A stretch of 64,000 bases of DNA, taken from NCBI RefSeq assembly GCF_025612915.1, contig NC_069114.1:49706639-49770638 (forward strand). The letters run 5' to 3'. The position numbers were made by a program, and so were the translations under genes. Under the pieces are notes generated by a model. The model was given only the letters and a program-made list of their open reading frames with translations. It did no database searches and was not told where the DNA came from. Source of the DNA: Crassostrea angulata. Its lineage: Eukaryota. Below, in pieces: positions 61,813 through 64,000 of this stretch (positions are counted from its first letter, which is position 1; every line of letters begins with the position of its first letter).

Positions 61813-64000
61813 GTAAAGATAAAGGGCTGGGGGGGGGGGGGGAGAGAGGTTCAGTATTCATCCCTCTGAGTTATTGTCCATTTAATTTGACCTTTTTGCA
61901 CCTTAAATGCAATTTCAGCCTCATTAGGATTTGTTGTCAGTATTTTTGATTAAGCAAACTTATTTGTTCAAATATTGTTTTTAATTATGCACAATGGTCA
62001 CACTGAATAGAGGGATCACGAAAATTATGTACGAAGCTGCATAAACTCTTTTGTGACCTTTTTGCACTTAATATAGACAATTTTTATTTAAATACTTACA
62101 ATTTGATTTCGAATAAAAACTTTTTGAATATCAAGAATTTAATAAGATTTATCTATTTTGCCTTAATATGTATTCAGTATTATTTTGACGTAATAAAACA
62201 TGGGGGGTCATTGATGTCAAATTTTAGATATAGGGCTTGAAAGGTAAAATTCTCGAAAAATTTGGATTTTATAGATATATTTGCATGATTTTATGCTAAA
62301 CGTGTATCACTCTGTAAAGATTTAATTTTGTACATGTCACACAGAACTTATATAGAATGTAACAAATGATATGAATAATGAATAAAGTATAATGAAAACA
62401 AAAATATATTAAAAATTCATAATTTTGCTTGTTTCTGTCATTTTCGTCCAAAAAACCTTCCGCACGAAAAAATAGAGTCCCCCCAAACTTGTTTGTTTCT
62501 TGAATTTAAATGGATTTTCTTTATAAATGTTGTGTTATTATGAAATATTAATCTTTCTGTGATAATAAGATAAAATAATAAAATAATATTCATTTTTTAT
62601 ATCATGATCATATGCGCAATAAAATCAAAGCGTGAGGAGTGAGATACCATAAATGATGAATTCTATTCAAAAATAGAAAGAAACCGATCAACATTAAGTA
62701 CGTTATTGTCATACTAGAAATAAAAAAAGATTAGAACCGGATATATTCTAAATCATCACCTGTCGTTTGGTATAATAAACAGTTTATTGCATGAACGTTA
62801 GGGAAATATGAGGATTTATTCCCCCAGGAAAATCCTATTTCCCTCGGGAATCTTCATTATTTTCCTCACAGTCATGCAATAAATGTATAATATTACCCGC
62901 TGACGCAGGTTATGTATTTTTCTGCAATATCACCACCTTCATAACTCGCATGAATCATCAAAGAAAGCATTTTGTTGTTTATATTTGCATCTTTCTTTTA
63001 ACAGATTAATAAATTTATCGTAAAAGTAAGTAAAATACACTTAATTACTGTTAATGTATATCGGTACGTAAGCTAAAAGAAACAGCTAAATCATCTCCTA
63101 TGGGAGTTTGAAACTGACATCATCATGATTATTTCGTGCAGCCCGTGATTTTTTTTTTTAGATCGCTGTAGGTTTCCTGCAAAGTTTCTTGAAAGTCTAC
63201 CGTATTTTGGGGGCCGTCTCAAAATATGAGGATGGGAAGGAAGGACACCATGACGAGAAAAATTCAATGTTTAACGTGGTCGACCTGGGTTTTATCAGCT
63301 TTGTTTTTTGCGCAGGATACAGTAGTCAAATCCACGTATTTTAAAACACTTGAAAAAATATTTTTGATCCCATATCAAATTTAATGGATCAACTAATAAA
63401 AATAATTGCAGAATAATTTTTTTTTAAATAATTTACAATTTACAATTTTTATTTGACAATTTTTATTATTGAGTGGATAGCAGACGTCAGTCACCTCACC
63501 TTACCTCTACGTGCCCGCTGGCACATAAGGCCCGGATAAACTGCCTCCACCTGTCCCTGTCTTTTATTTACTGTTTTTTTTTTTTTTTCAAATGGGCTGG
63601 ATCATGAATATCTCATTCTTATGTTTGTATCTCTGCAAGTATAAATGAAGGTGATAGGTTTGTTAATGTAGGTGAGTGAACATGTCTACCAACAATATGT
63701 CTTACAATCATATATGGGAAATGCTCATATAATTATTTAATACTGTAGTATTTGTATTGTAGTTTTTAAAAATCTTTGTACACTTCTCTAGCGAATTTAA
63801 AAAAAGGAGTTTTACTGAATTGTATATTTTAACGTGTAACCATGCATACAAACACTCTTAAAACATATTTATATATATATATATATAATTTTCCAATACA
63901 ACAAAAAATAAATCGGCACAGTTTTAAATAATTTAAAAATGATAAATATCCAGAATAAAATCACAAATTGATCCTATTAACCGCAAACGTTTTCGCCATT

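Overview
The window is eukaryotic (metazoan, probably invertebrate) nuclear DNA, not prokaryotic. It is AT-rich, has spliceosomal introns with GT-AG borders, is dense in dinucleotide microsatellites ((CT)n, (GA)n, (GT)n) and minisatellites, and carries many MITE/foldback elements. I see no CRISPR arrays, operons, rRNA genes or functional tRNA genes. I built five spliced protein-coding gene models by reading exons, splice sites and reading-frame phase. (1) A polyamine/spermine oxidase (FAD amine oxidase, SMOX/PAOX family), + strand, 5 exons, 3425-13755. (2) An LRP2-binding protein (LRP2BP) ortholog with Sel1 repeats, - strand, 6 exons, 21988-27400. (3) A large protein (about 1323 aa) with multiple C2H2 zinc fingers, a PLNLS CtBP-type motif and a Q/M/H-rich tail, + strand, 2 coding exons, 31055-35133, transcribed divergently from LRP2BP. 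(4) A FAM184-like coiled-coil protein, + strand, 17 exons, 36581-47758. (5) A divergent T-box transcription factor, - strand, 6 exons, 50958-57079. Noteworthy non-genic content is a 1275-bp non-autonomous hAT-like DNA transposon with a perfect 8-bp target-site duplication inside the T-box intron; at least two MITE families sharing TACTGTRG termini; long perfect palindromes; a duplicated roughly 350-bp segment flanking the T-box gene; a mirror-repeat microsatellite block in the LRP2BP/zinc-finger bidirectional promoter; and clustered CRE (TGACGTCA) motifs upstream of the oxidase gene. Many six-frame ORFs in the track are antisense shadows, intronic, or microsatellite translations, and the track treats alternative start codons as M. 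Coordinates come from manual reading and may be off by a few nt.
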